The position numbers and the translations under genes were made by a program. A DNA stretch of 64,000 bases from the IMG/VR virus record IMGVR_UViG_3300009181_000033, positions 233,895-297,894 of that record. One strand, written 5' to 3'. Shown piece by piece: positions 10,627 through 18,458 of this stretch. The stretch's first letter is position 1. Each line of letters begins with the position of its first letter. A model generated the notes under the pieces. The model saw only the letters and a list, made by a program, of their open reading frames with translations. It was not told the origin of the DNA and ran no database searches.

Positions 10627-10848
10627 TTACATTCCTGCGATTAATGCCTGAACAGCAGTTGAGACTCGTTCCTGCAACTCCCTCGGCAAAGCAGAAAGAA
10701 GAACATAATTCTCTGCCTTTGTTGTGTCTTGAGGCATTCCACCAGCCATATAATCAGAATTTGTTTTTACAATGGCCCTAATTACCAAAGGCGGTAATCC
10801 CACCCTAGTTGAATAAATCGGTTGATATAAATCTACTTTATTTTCCAT
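10627..10848 (-). CDS. Hypothetical protein
   Basis: 73 aa ORF, SD AGAGGA, tightly packed. Confidence 0.6.
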   Translation of the reverse strand: MENKVDLYQPIYSTRVGLPPLVIRAIVKTNSDYMAGGMPQDTTKAENYVLLSALPRELQERVSTAVQALIAGM

Positions 10849-10849
10849 T

Positions 10850-11029
10850 TCATCCTCTGAGGAGATTCTTGTTCTCCATTAATGCCCCATTGATATTATT
10901 TAATTGCCTCTTTAGCTGAACCAATTCTTGTAAAATCAATTGGGTTGGCTCACCTCTATTCTCCAATAGTATCAGATTCTCTTCCAATAACTTTATTTTC
11001 TCACACAGAATTTCTCTTGTAGCTGACAC
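10850..11029 (-). CDS. Hypothetical 59-aa coiled-coil protein (not in ORF track)
   Basis: GTG start after GGCGGTGA: MSATREILCEKIKLLEENLILLENRGEPTQLILQELVQLKRQLNNINGALMENKNLLRG*; fills the gap exactly. Confidence 0.6.
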   Translation of the reverse strand: MSATREILCEKIKLLEENLILLENRGEPTQLILQELVQLKRQLNNINGALMENKNLLRG

Positions 11030-11062
11030 TTTATCACCGCCTTTAATCGAGAATGTTTAAAT

Positions 11063-11137
11063 TGGTTGTATAGACAGGAATTGAACCTGCGATCTTCTGG
11101 TGTGAAGCAGACGTAATACCACTTCCCACCCTGCGTC
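11063..11137 (-). pseudogene. Degenerate tRNA (Val-CAC-like; 8-nt anticodon loop, unpaired acceptor)
   Basis: T-arm GCAGG-TTCAATT-CCTGT, 3' CTATACA-ACCA, anticodon arm TCTG-CTTCACAC-CAGA; the 5' acceptor strand does not pair. Confidence 0.6.
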
Positions 11138-11180
11138 GATAATTTATATCTTATGAAGATATGTGTTTTTGTATATTTTT

Positions 11181-11254
11181 TAGTGCAGCGGATGAGAATC
11201 GATCCCACAAGCAAACCGCACAAGATCGAAAGTTTCCATTAGTTTGTGGCCACA
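11181..11254 (-). pseudogene. Degenerate tRNA remnant (Leu/Ser type, 3' half)
   Basis: GTGGG-ATCGATT-CTCAT T-arm-like element, CCGCTGC-A-CTA 3' end, long variable-arm-like GC-GGTTT-GC; 5' half unrecognisable. Confidence 0.4.
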
Positions 11255-11328
11255 TGGTTGGGGTGTAGTGAATCGAACACTAATTCACGGATTCAAAGTC
11301 CGTCGTCTTGCCATTAGACGACACCCCA
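11255..11328 (-). tRNA. tRNA-Gln(UUG)
   Basis: TGGGGTG/CACCCCA acceptor + ACCA; D arm GTCT/AGAC; ACGGA-CT-TTG-AA-TCCGT; TAGTG-TTCGATT-CACTA. Confidence 0.95.
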
Positions 11329-11400
11329 GTCTACTTGCCCAATCTTTACGATTGGACCAGAACCAGAAACACATCTATCAAATTTTATTTTTAATAAGGG

Positions 11401-11661
11401 TTACCTTTGAGGACTTGATTGAAGATTTTGACTCAAGTTCAACCAGTTATTTTGTTCTTTTTGAACCAAATCATTTATCTTTTTTGACTCCTGTTGTGCC
11501 CAGGATCTATATACTTCCTGCTCCAATTCTTCCTGTTCTTTTTTTAGAGCTGAAAGGATGGGTTTCCTAAATTTATCCAATAAATGCTGTTTGGTATTTG
11601 CGTCTCTAATTAATGTTTCATAAATCTCAAGCATTTCAGATGCCGTGAAGGCCACATTCAT
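11401..11661 (-). CDS. Hypothetical protein
   Basis: 86 aa, ATGA overlap with upstream gene. Confidence 0.6.
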   Translation of the reverse strand: MNVAFTASEMLEIYETLIRDANTKQHLLDKFRKPILSALKKEQEELEQEVYRSWAQQESKKINDLVQKEQNNWLNLSQNLQSSPQR

Positions 11662-12272
11662 TGAGTGTCACCAATTCCATAGGCATAGTCAAGTTTAAAT
11701 ATATTTGCCCAAGCCTTACATAGTCTCTTATAAGTAAAGACTTCCCAATCTTCACCATCATGAAATTCTATAGTCTTATCAGTTACCTTGATGGTGGTGA
11801 TCTCTGGAAGAAGAATTGAGCCTTCATTGATCAAAACATCGACTGCGTTCCTAAAATCTACATCCTCAAACTGAACTGTGACCTTCTCACCAATGGAATT
11901 TTTAACATCCTGGGCTGGTAAATCCTGCAAGTCAGAAGCCGGCACTAAAAAGTGATGCTCGATTTTTTCATTATCGGGCTCTTCGACTGCTTCCCTTCCC
12001 GTCTCCTCATCTTCATCTTCATCTTCATCTTCATCTTGATCTTCATCTTCATCTTGATCTTCATCTTCATCTTCATCTTCATCTTGATCTTGATCTTGAT
12101 CTTGATCTTGAGTCTGGCTTGGTCGACAAGCGCTCTCTTCACCGGTTAAAAAAATCTCTATGTTTGACATCATGTTTGATATCTGTTCCTTTGTGGCAGG
12201 ATCCCAATCGCTACCTGAAATCTGAAAGAGAAGAGAGTATAGAAATAGTGACTCGGTTTTGGAAAGATTCAT
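11658..12272 (-). CDS. Hypothetical protein with (DQ/DE)n acidic tract
   Basis: Start moved to MNLSK (12272) because SD AGGAGA precedes it and a terminator lies just upstream. Confidence 0.65.
   Translation of the reverse strand: MNLSKTESLFLYSLLFQISGSDWDPATKEQISNMMSNIEIFLTGEESACRPSQTQDQDQDQDQDEDEDEDEDQDEDEDQDEDEDEDEDEETGREAVEEPDNEKIEHHFLVPASDLQDLPAQDVKNSIGEKVTVQFEDVDFRNAVDVLINEGSILLPEITTIKVTDKTIEFHDGEDWEVFTYKRLCKAWANIFKLDYAYGIGDTQ
12007..12110. repeat. Hexamer microsatellite (TCTTCA/TCTTGA)n encoding Asp-Glu/Asp-Gln
   Basis: About 17 contiguous hexamers, directly visible. Confidence 0.95.
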
Positions 12273-12287
12273 TAGATGTTCTCCTAT

Positions 12288-12318
12288 AAAAAGGACGGGA
12301 ACTTTCGTTCCCGTCCTT
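12288..12318 (-). terminator. Intrinsic terminator
   Basis: AAGGACGGGAAC-GAAA-GTTCCCGTCCTT-TTT. Confidence 0.85.
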
Positions 12319-12347
12319 GCCACATGTCAAAGCAAAATTAATATATT

Positions 12348-12620
12348 TCAGTGTGACTTCTGTGTAAACTGATAATGCTTCTGTAGTGCCCTATAGATTG
12401 TCCTAGCAGTCCTTCCATCAAATCGATAAGTAATGCCTTCTGGGGTATCAACATACATTGTTGTCGAATCAACCTTTGGATTCGTGCTGACAGCAATGTT
12501 AACGCTATTATCACTTCGCCTAAAAGTCTCGGTCCTGAAATTGCCTCTTCGATCCTCACGAGTACGAATGGAAGCACTACGATTTTGGCTGACAACGTCG
12601 TTGTTCTTGGTCTTGGACAT
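12348..12620 (-). CDS. Hypothetical basic protein
   Basis: Start MSKTK with SD AGGAG; upstream sigma70-like TTGAAC-N18-TAAAGT; flanked by terminators. Confidence 0.65.
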   Translation of the reverse strand: MSKTKNNDVVSQNRSASIRTREDRRGNFRTETFRRSDNSVNIAVSTNPKVDSTTMYVDTPEGITYRFDGRTARTIYRALQKHYQFTQKSH

Positions 12621-12686
12621 TTCTATTTCTCCTGGACTTAATCGTCCTTGATGGTTGAACTTTAGTGCACGCACTGTCATATGTTC

Positions 12687-12729
12687 AAAAAAATAAATCG
12701 AGCGGCATTTCTACCGCTCGATTTATTTT
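12687..12729 (-). terminator. Intrinsic terminator (16-bp perfect stem)
   Basis: AAAATAAATCGAGCGG-CATTTCTA-CCGCTCGATTTATTTT. Confidence 0.85.
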
Positions 12730-12741
12730 CACATCTTCAAA

Positions 12742-13725
12742 TCACTTGATAATTCCAGCCAGCTTCTGCCAACGCTCAACAACAACAGAGCCATCTCTCT
12801 GATAGCCCGAAGTCTGTTGTTTCTTTTTATCTCCCTTTTCACCAGTCAAAGCATTGACTTCGGGTGAATATGGGGGATTGATGTCCATTTTTCCTGATTC
12901 AATGTCTTTCTTCACTGCAGCCAACTCACTTGGCTCGATTGCCGGCATGTCAACCTTGGGCGGCATCCATCCTTCAACAGCCCTAGTGTCTGCTGTGGAG
13001 GCCCAATTTTCTTTGACATGTTCAGCTGCGGCCTCGAGCGTATCAAACCCATTAGCCTGGAATGCTTTAAGGATTTCTTCAGGCACAGGAAGGAACTTTC
13101 CTCCCTTGGAGGCCATCTCCACAAACTTATCTGCGACAGCTTCTGGTGTGAGTGAATCAAGATCAGTGTCAGAAGGCTTGCCTTTTCCACCGTGAGCAGC
13201 TGTCCAAACATTAAGAACACCAACCAATTGCTTGCCAGGAAGATCAATCTGCAAACCACCGACTGAAGCGCTGGGGTCAACCATCAGGGTGGCTGCCCAG
13301 CGATGATGGCCGTCCATGATGTGATTGTCATTAGAAATAATGGCCCCCAAATCACCACCAGCTCCGCCGCTGAAGCTTCCCATCTTACCCATCATTTGAA
13401 TGGCCATTCCAACAAATTTGCCAAAGTCCATGGTTGTTTGGGTTGCTCTCAAGCTGTCAGCAGGTGAATTTGTCTGGCCGCCGGAAGCAACATCGTCCTC
13501 GGCATCTTCGTCTTCTAGTCCTTTTGAAGCCAAGGCCTTTGCGATAGAAGGATCAACTTGACTCAGGTTCGTAGGGAAAAGACTAGGGTCAATTTTAGCA
13601 GGTGAAGCATCCTCAAACAACGACAAAAGAGAGCGAGAATGCCCCTTGGGGGAACGTATTTCCTTCAAAGCTTTTCTTGCTTCAGATGCTATCAAATTTC
13701 TCAGTTGTAATTCTGTCAATCTCAT
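12742..13725 (-). CDS. ParB/Srx-like domain protein with head-targeting N- and C-terminal motifs
   Basis: L.ATQ...IISNDNHIMDGHHRWAA; N-terminal MRLTELQLRNLIASEA; C-terminal ERWQKLAGIIK. Confidence 0.7.
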   Translation of the reverse strand: MRLTELQLRNLIASEARKALKEIRSPKGHSRSLLSLFEDASPAKIDPSLFPTNLSQVDPSIAKALASKGLEDEDAEDDVASGGQTNSPADSLRATQTTMDFGKFVGMAIQMMGKMGSFSGGAGGDLGAIISNDNHIMDGHHRWAATLMVDPSASVGGLQIDLPGKQLVGVLNVWTAAHGGKGKPSDTDLDSLTPEAVADKFVEMASKGGKFLPVPEEILKAFQANGFDTLEAAAEHVKENWASTADTRAVEGWMPPKVDMPAIEPSELAAVKKDIESGKMDINPPYSPEVNALTGEKGDKKKQQTSGYQRDGSVVVERWQKLAGIIK

Positions 13726-14066
13726 TTCTTCTTTTCCTCTCCGTCCTCAGACGAAACCTTCTTCAAAACGTTCATGGCCTTAACAGTGTCCTCCGGAGAA
13801 GCCTGCATCAGCTTGGCAAAAATATCACCAAACACGGAATTGTCGAGGCTGTTTCTCTTTCCAGCCCGTAGATTGGAAACAGCGGTCTTCAACTTGCCAA
13901 CATCTGCTCCCAAAGCGTCTGCCATTTTTTTAATATCAACATTGCCTTCAACATCAGCGGTCTCGCCACCCACCTTTGTTGGGCCGGCCTCAAAAATATT
14001 GTGGAGAGTCATCTTTTGCTTTTCTGATTCAACTAATTTTCTCAAAAGTCTGGCCGTTAATTTCAT
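13722..14066 (-). CDS. Putative internal head protein
   Basis: N-terminal MKLTARLLRKLVESE; ATATTTAT directly upstream. Confidence 0.55.
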   Translation of the reverse strand: MKLTARLLRKLVESEKQKMTLHNIFEAGPTKVGGETADVEGNVDIKKMADALGADVGKLKTAVSNLRAGKRNSLDNSVFGDIFAKLMQASPEDTVKAMNVLKKVSSEDGEEKKK

Positions 14067-14087
14067 AAAAATAAATATTCAACAAAA

Positions 14088-14435
14088 TTAATTTTTTGGC
14101 CCGTGTGACCCTTTTTTTCGCAGCACCAACGGATTTTCTTTAACCAACCAAAACTCCTTGTCAATGGGCGGATCTTCCCCTTCACGAAACCACATCAACT
14201 TTCTACCGCCAGTAGATGCATAAACACCTATTATCGTTATGTGCCCCGCGTGGATCAGGTCGTGACAAGAGTGACAGACAATCGCAAGGTTTTCGTTATT
14301 GTTGGTACAGCGCGGATCACACCTGGGAATTATATGGTGGACATTGAGCGCATCAGGATTTGAAAAGTCACAGATCTCGCAACTATCCTTCAACAGACCT
14401 TCCTGTCCACTCCTCCTACGACTCTTTCGCTTCAT
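14088..14435 (-). CDS. HNH endonuclease
   Basis: CEIC...VHHIIP...NNNENLAIVCHSCHDLIH; start MKRKS after AGGTGA. Confidence 0.85.
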   Translation of the reverse strand: MKRKSRRRSGQEGLLKDSCEICDFSNPDALNVHHIIPRCDPRCTNNNENLAIVCHSCHDLIHAGHITIIGVYASTGGRKLMWFREGEDPPIDKEFWLVKENPLVLRKKGSHGPKN

Positions 14436-14442
14436 GGGAAAA

Positions 14443-14907
14443 TCACCTGCCAGACATTGCAGCCTTAAAAACAAGACTGCCGATCGCATGGTGCCTGCCG
14501 TCCACCTGATAAAAGAGGTTCACGCCCTTCTCCAATGCCCACAGGATTAACCAATTTAATGTCTTAACATCAAGCTTGCTCCTTGCCTCGGCAACCTCGT
14601 AATGTGTCAAATCGGCGCGGGATGGAAGGACTATCTTGGATATAATGACACCCGACAAATCAGGCCTCATCCACTCCGGGAACACATCCGCCTCGACCCT
14701 CCAGGAACAGTTGTACGACTTGCATGTGTTGGGTCGACCCTCGTAGTCGGTGCACTTTCCACCAGCAAGAAAGAAACAAGGTCGACCAGGATACATCTGG
14801 TGCCCCTTTATATCGGCAGACAACCAGCCCTCACAACAACCCGTGCAAGGACCACAAGCACGAGAAGAATCTTGCAAAACAGGCAATGACGTCACTTTAT
14901 CTGTCAT
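14443..14907 (-). CDS. YkgJ-like CxxCxxCC cysteine-cluster protein
   Basis: CGPCTGCC...CFFL...CTDYEGRPNTCKSYNC. Confidence 0.8.
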   Translation of the reverse strand: MTDKVTSLPVLQDSSRACGPCTGCCEGWLSADIKGHQMYPGRPCFFLAGGKCTDYEGRPNTCKSYNCSWRVEADVFPEWMRPDLSGVIISKIVLPSRADLTHYEVAEARSKLDVKTLNWLILWALEKGVNLFYQVDGRHHAIGSLVFKAAMSGR

Positions 14908-14992
14908 GCCACAATCATATGCGGTATTTCGAACTTGTCGATGGCCTCTCGAATATATTCTTCAAGTAACACTATTGACATGACATTAAATA

Positions 14993-16444
14993 CTACATGC
15001 ATGTGCTAATTCTGAATATATGTGATCCACAACCATATATCCTTGAAACTTTCGCTGCAAGGGCAACTTGTCTCTCTGTTAAACCTAGTTGTGCACGATA
15101 TCTAAATCGATCGTAACGTAACTCATTATCTGTGTACCAATAATCAGGTGCTGTGCAACCGACTCTTTCAAAACCAGCAGAAACGTATCCATTGCCAGTT
15201 CCAACTCTTCGATCAACATACGTCATGATCTGCGAATATCCATTCTTGGAAGACCAATCACGAGCCACCTTTAGCAACTTTGATAATCCGCCAGGAACAG
15301 ACATTCCCTTCTGTGTACTAAATCTAGCAATCTCAATGGAATTTTCATATTTTCCGCCATGACGAGGCACGCGTAAAGACAAAGCTGCAACGATATTGCC
15401 ATTTCTGTCACGCAGACCCCAGCAAACTTTGCTGGGTGTGTAACCAGCAAGATGTGTCGCATTAAAGAACGCTTTCTGTTCTTTCGTAGATAGCTCAATA
15501 ACTGTGGTTGACCAAGTCTTACATTTTGAAGGGTGAAATCCTAGCCTATGTTGAATCATTGATTTTATGATGTCTTGCTTGTCACGCCACTCATCTTCAA
15601 ATATTTGCAACAAGCTTATACCGACTGATTCAGCCATTTCAGCTTTCACAGAATGGGACTTCTTATCAAATTCTTCAGTGGGCTTGCCTGCTTCACTGTG
15701 CCAAAACAAACCATGACACTCAATTCCAAATTTTTTAGATGGAACATAAATGTCAATCTCTTTCGGTGATAATGTTTTTCTGTCACCGCTTATTGCGTCC
15801 GCAGATAAAGAACGAACATACTCAAATACAGATAACTCCCAATTTGATTTGCCGACTGGACAACATCGATAACAACGGCTACCTCTTTCAAACGCCTGCA
15901 ATGTTTTTTGTTGTCTCTCTCCGCATTTAAGACACTCGAATGTGAGATATTGCTGCTGCCTTGAATGATATTCATTCAAAGAAGTAATCAGCTTAAACTC
16001 AAGTGATCTCTCACTAATTCTTTCATTTAATGCCGATGAAAACAGTGTTTTATTTTCCGATATTCTTTTTATAGTCTCTTGTGCGTGACGTTTGCCATAA
16101 AAATGGTTGCCTTCACCGGTTGCCCGCTCAGCTGCAGCGGCTATTCTGACATCCGTCTCTTTTGTCTTCCCTCTGTTCCAGGCCTCGTTTGCACCGCCTC
16201 GAGCCCCTCCTTCTTTCATCGCAAGACGAGCGTGCTCTTTACAATACTTCTTAAAAGTAAAAGCAACATATCGAACATCAGCACCACACTCAGCGCAAAC
16301 AGGTTGAATTCCTCCATGCTGCGCTTGAACTGTGTAATCAAATGAAGACAACTTGTGCTCAATTCTCACATGATCAGAAAATCTCTTCAGATCAACATTT
16401 GAATAGTCGCACAACTTACACTTCATGTCGTTAACGGCTTGCAT
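14993..16444 (-). CDS. Hef-like homing endonuclease: C2H2/Zn fingers + NUMOD3 + Vsr-like nuclease + GNAT/Mom-like domain
   Basis: CKLC..H...H; WNRGKTKETD; GEGNHFYGKRH; EIDIYVP..FGIECHGLFWHS..QIFEDEW; EIARF...VPGGLSKLL..TYVDRR. Confidence 0.75.
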   Translation of the reverse strand: MQAVNDMKCKLCDYSNVDLKRFSDHVRIEHKLSSFDYTVQAQHGGIQPVCAECGADVRYVAFTFKKYCKEHARLAMKEGGARGGANEAWNRGKTKETDVRIAAAAERATGEGNHFYGKRHAQETIKRISENKTLFSSALNERISERSLEFKLITSLNEYHSRQQQYLTFECLKCGERQQKTLQAFERGSRCYRCCPVGKSNWELSVFEYVRSLSADAISGDRKTLSPKEIDIYVPSKKFGIECHGLFWHSEAGKPTEEFDKKSHSVKAEMAESVGISLLQIFEDEWRDKQDIIKSMIQHRLGFHPSKCKTWSTTVIELSTKEQKAFFNATHLAGYTPSKVCWGLRDRNGNIVAALSLRVPRHGGKYENSIEIARFSTQKGMSVPGGLSKLLKVARDWSSKNGYSQIMTYVDRRVGTGNGYVSAGFERVGCTAPDYWYTDNELRYDRFRYRAQLGLTERQVALAAKVSRIYGCGSHIFRISTCM

Positions 16445-16476
16445 GAACTAATAATTATATACTATTCTGCAATTGT

Positions 16477-16513
16477 AAAAAACAAAAAGGGCTGCCCTTT
16501 TGAGGCAGCCCTT
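16477..16513 (-). terminator. Intrinsic terminator after major capsid gene
   Basis: AAGGGCTGCC-TCAAAAG-GGCAGCCCTT-TTTGTTTTTT. Confidence 0.9.
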
Positions 16514-16544
16514 AATGAGTCATCCCTTCAGATGACGTTCAAGT

Positions 16545-18416
16545 TCAGATGACATTCATGTCGAGAACGGTGACGGTGCCGTAGAAGTCCGAGCGGACCA
16601 TCTTCTTGCCGTAGCGGGTCATCACACCCTTACGAGGTGTGAAATCCTCAGGCGCGAAGATTGTAGGGGTCACAATCAGGGGCACGTAAGGAGCGTAGAC
16701 GTATCCGGTCTCGAGGTAGCTGCCACCCTTGTAGCCGACGAGGATCTTGTTGCGAACGAAGTAAGGATCCTTGTAGACGGTGAAGCGGTTGGAGAGGGTG
16801 CCGATGGCCTCTGCACCGATGGTGAAGGGGCTAGCGACCTGGCCCTCGCCGTCCATGGAGAACTTGGGCTTGTAGAGAACTGAGCTCTCGAGGATGGTGG
16901 CGACATCGGGTCCGGTGACCATGAAGTTCGCAGAACCACGGAGTGTCTTGCGGTGGATGGTGTTGGCGACGTCGATGATGGTCTCGATGAGAGTCTCGTA
17001 CCACTCGCGGACGGTGCCTGTGAACTGAGGGCCGATCTGGTATTGGTCGGCTAGTGTTACGCGGCCACCGGTTGTCTTGTTGACGAAGCGACCGGGTGAG
17101 CGGCTCCAATAGTAGTTGGCGCCATTGGCTTGGCTGACTAGGTCGTTGAGGATCTCACGGTCGATCTCGAGGGCGATCTGCTCTGAGAGGATTGAGGTGA
17201 GCTCCACCTCGGCGTCCATGCTGTGGTACGCGTTGAGGTCCTGAGCGAGCTCGGGTGACCACTTGGCGCGTAGCTTGCGGGTCTCGGCGGTGATGCTGAT
17301 GGCCTCGATCTTGATGTCGATCTCTGGGATGACTGGTGAGGGGGTCGAGCCGAAGTCGGACTCGAAGGAGGGGACGGTGATGGTGGCACCGCTGGTGCTG
17401 TCCACGTTGAGCTTTTGGTCAAGAACGAATGTGAACTTGCCGGTAGCGGTGGGAGTAAAGGCAGCAACGCCGTTGGCACCCTTCACGAGCATGAGAACGT
17501 GAGTGCCGTTGAGGGCATTTGGTGTAAATGTGAAGGCCGAGTTGTCCCAGTCACCGCGCTTGTTGAGGCGGCGAAGGTTCTTGATGCCTGTGCCGCCTTG
17601 GTAGGTGTCGCCCCAGGCGTCGGCGCCGGTGATGCCGGCGTGGAGAGCGATCTGGTTGACGGCGAGGCGGTCAATGGTTGAACCGATTGAGTCAAGCTTG
17701 ACAATCTCGAACATCGCATCGAGCTGACCGAGGTCGAGCGCAGTCTCAACCTGGGCATCGAAGTCGGCGTAGCGGGCGTTAGAACCTGAGAAGTCGAGGG
17801 CTGATCTGAGAACGCCGCCTGCAACCCAAGCTCCTGTACCGCTCCATGAACCGGAGGCGGCGACAGAGGAGTTTGTGAGGTCGACTGTTAGGTTCGAGCC
17901 GGTAACGCGTGAGTAGCCGACGTTAACGAGGTCGTATTGGCCGCCGGTGGCTAGAGAGCCGCTCTGAACGCCTCTGCCGGTGGGGTTGTTGTAGATTGAC
18001 TGGCCACGGGTGTAGGTCGAGGTTGAGTCGGACCCTGGGACGCCAACATTGCTACCGTATGTGTAGTCGAGGTAGAAGATGAGGCCTGATGGGAGACTCA
18101 TTGGTTGAATTGAGACGAGCTCGTTGGCAACGAGGCCACCGAATACGCGGCGAACGATTGGGAACGCGATGTTGGAAAAGCCCTGGATCTGACCGGAGCC
18201 GGCGAGGTTGCCACCGCCGGTTGAAAGGCCATTGCTCTCCTTAAGGACCTGGGCAGCCTGGTTCTCTAGGAGCTGTCCCATCATCTCACGCTTCTGGCCG
18301 TCGAGGCCACGGAGGAGGCCTGTGCGGCTCCACTTCTCGGTGAGGCGTGCGCGCTCGGCACCGACGTGCTTCTCGCGGATGCCCTGAGCTAACTGATCTA
18401 AACTAAAATACTTCAT
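16545..18416 (-). CDS. Major capsid protein, T4 gp23-like
   Basis: LLENQ, PIVRRVF..L.ANELVSIQPMSLPSGLIFYL, A.TRKLRAKWSPELAQDLNAYH..DAE.EL..ILSE.I.LEIDREI, GYVYAPYVPL, F.PRKGVMTRYG. Confidence 0.97.
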   Translation of the reverse strand: MKYFSLDQLAQGIREKHVGAERARLTEKWSRTGLLRGLDGQKREMMGQLLENQAAQVLKESNGLSTGGGNLAGSGQIQGFSNIAFPIVRRVFGGLVANELVSIQPMSLPSGLIFYLDYTYGSNVGVPGSDSTSTYTRGQSIYNNPTGRGVQSGSLATGGQYDLVNVGYSRVTGSNLTVDLTNSSVAASGSWSGTGAWVAGGVLRSALDFSGSNARYADFDAQVETALDLGQLDAMFEIVKLDSIGSTIDRLAVNQIALHAGITGADAWGDTYQGGTGIKNLRRLNKRGDWDNSAFTFTPNALNGTHVLMLVKGANGVAAFTPTATGKFTFVLDQKLNVDSTSGATITVPSFESDFGSTPSPVIPEIDIKIEAISITAETRKLRAKWSPELAQDLNAYHSMDAEVELTSILSEQIALEIDREILNDLVSQANGANYYWSRSPGRFVNKTTGGRVTLADQYQIGPQFTGTVREWYETLIETIIDVANTIHRKTLRGSANFMVTGPDVATILESSVLYKPKFSMDGEGQVASPFTIGAEAIGTLSNRFTVYKDPYFVRNKILVGYKGGSYLETGYVYAPYVPLIVTPTIFAPEDFTPRKGVMTRYGKKMVRSDFYGTVTVLDMNVI

Positions 18417-18458
18417 TTCTTAATCTCCTGTGTTGTAGTTGGTAAAAATTTGAAACAA

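Noticed and set aside
11063-11137. Functional opal-suppressor or selenocysteine tRNA (UCA in loop)
   Set aside because: The acceptor stem does not pair, the loop is 8 nt, there is no long variable arm, and no in-frame TGA is needed in any gene.
10993-11570. ORFs 10993-11223 (-) and 11244-11570 (+)
   Set aside because: They overlap the tRNA and tRNA remnants and are better explained by those plus the 59-aa ORF at 10850-11029.
11945-12149. Poly-(KM/KI) and poly-(IF/IL) ORFs
   Set aside because: These are alternate-frame and antisense readings of the hexamer microsatellite.
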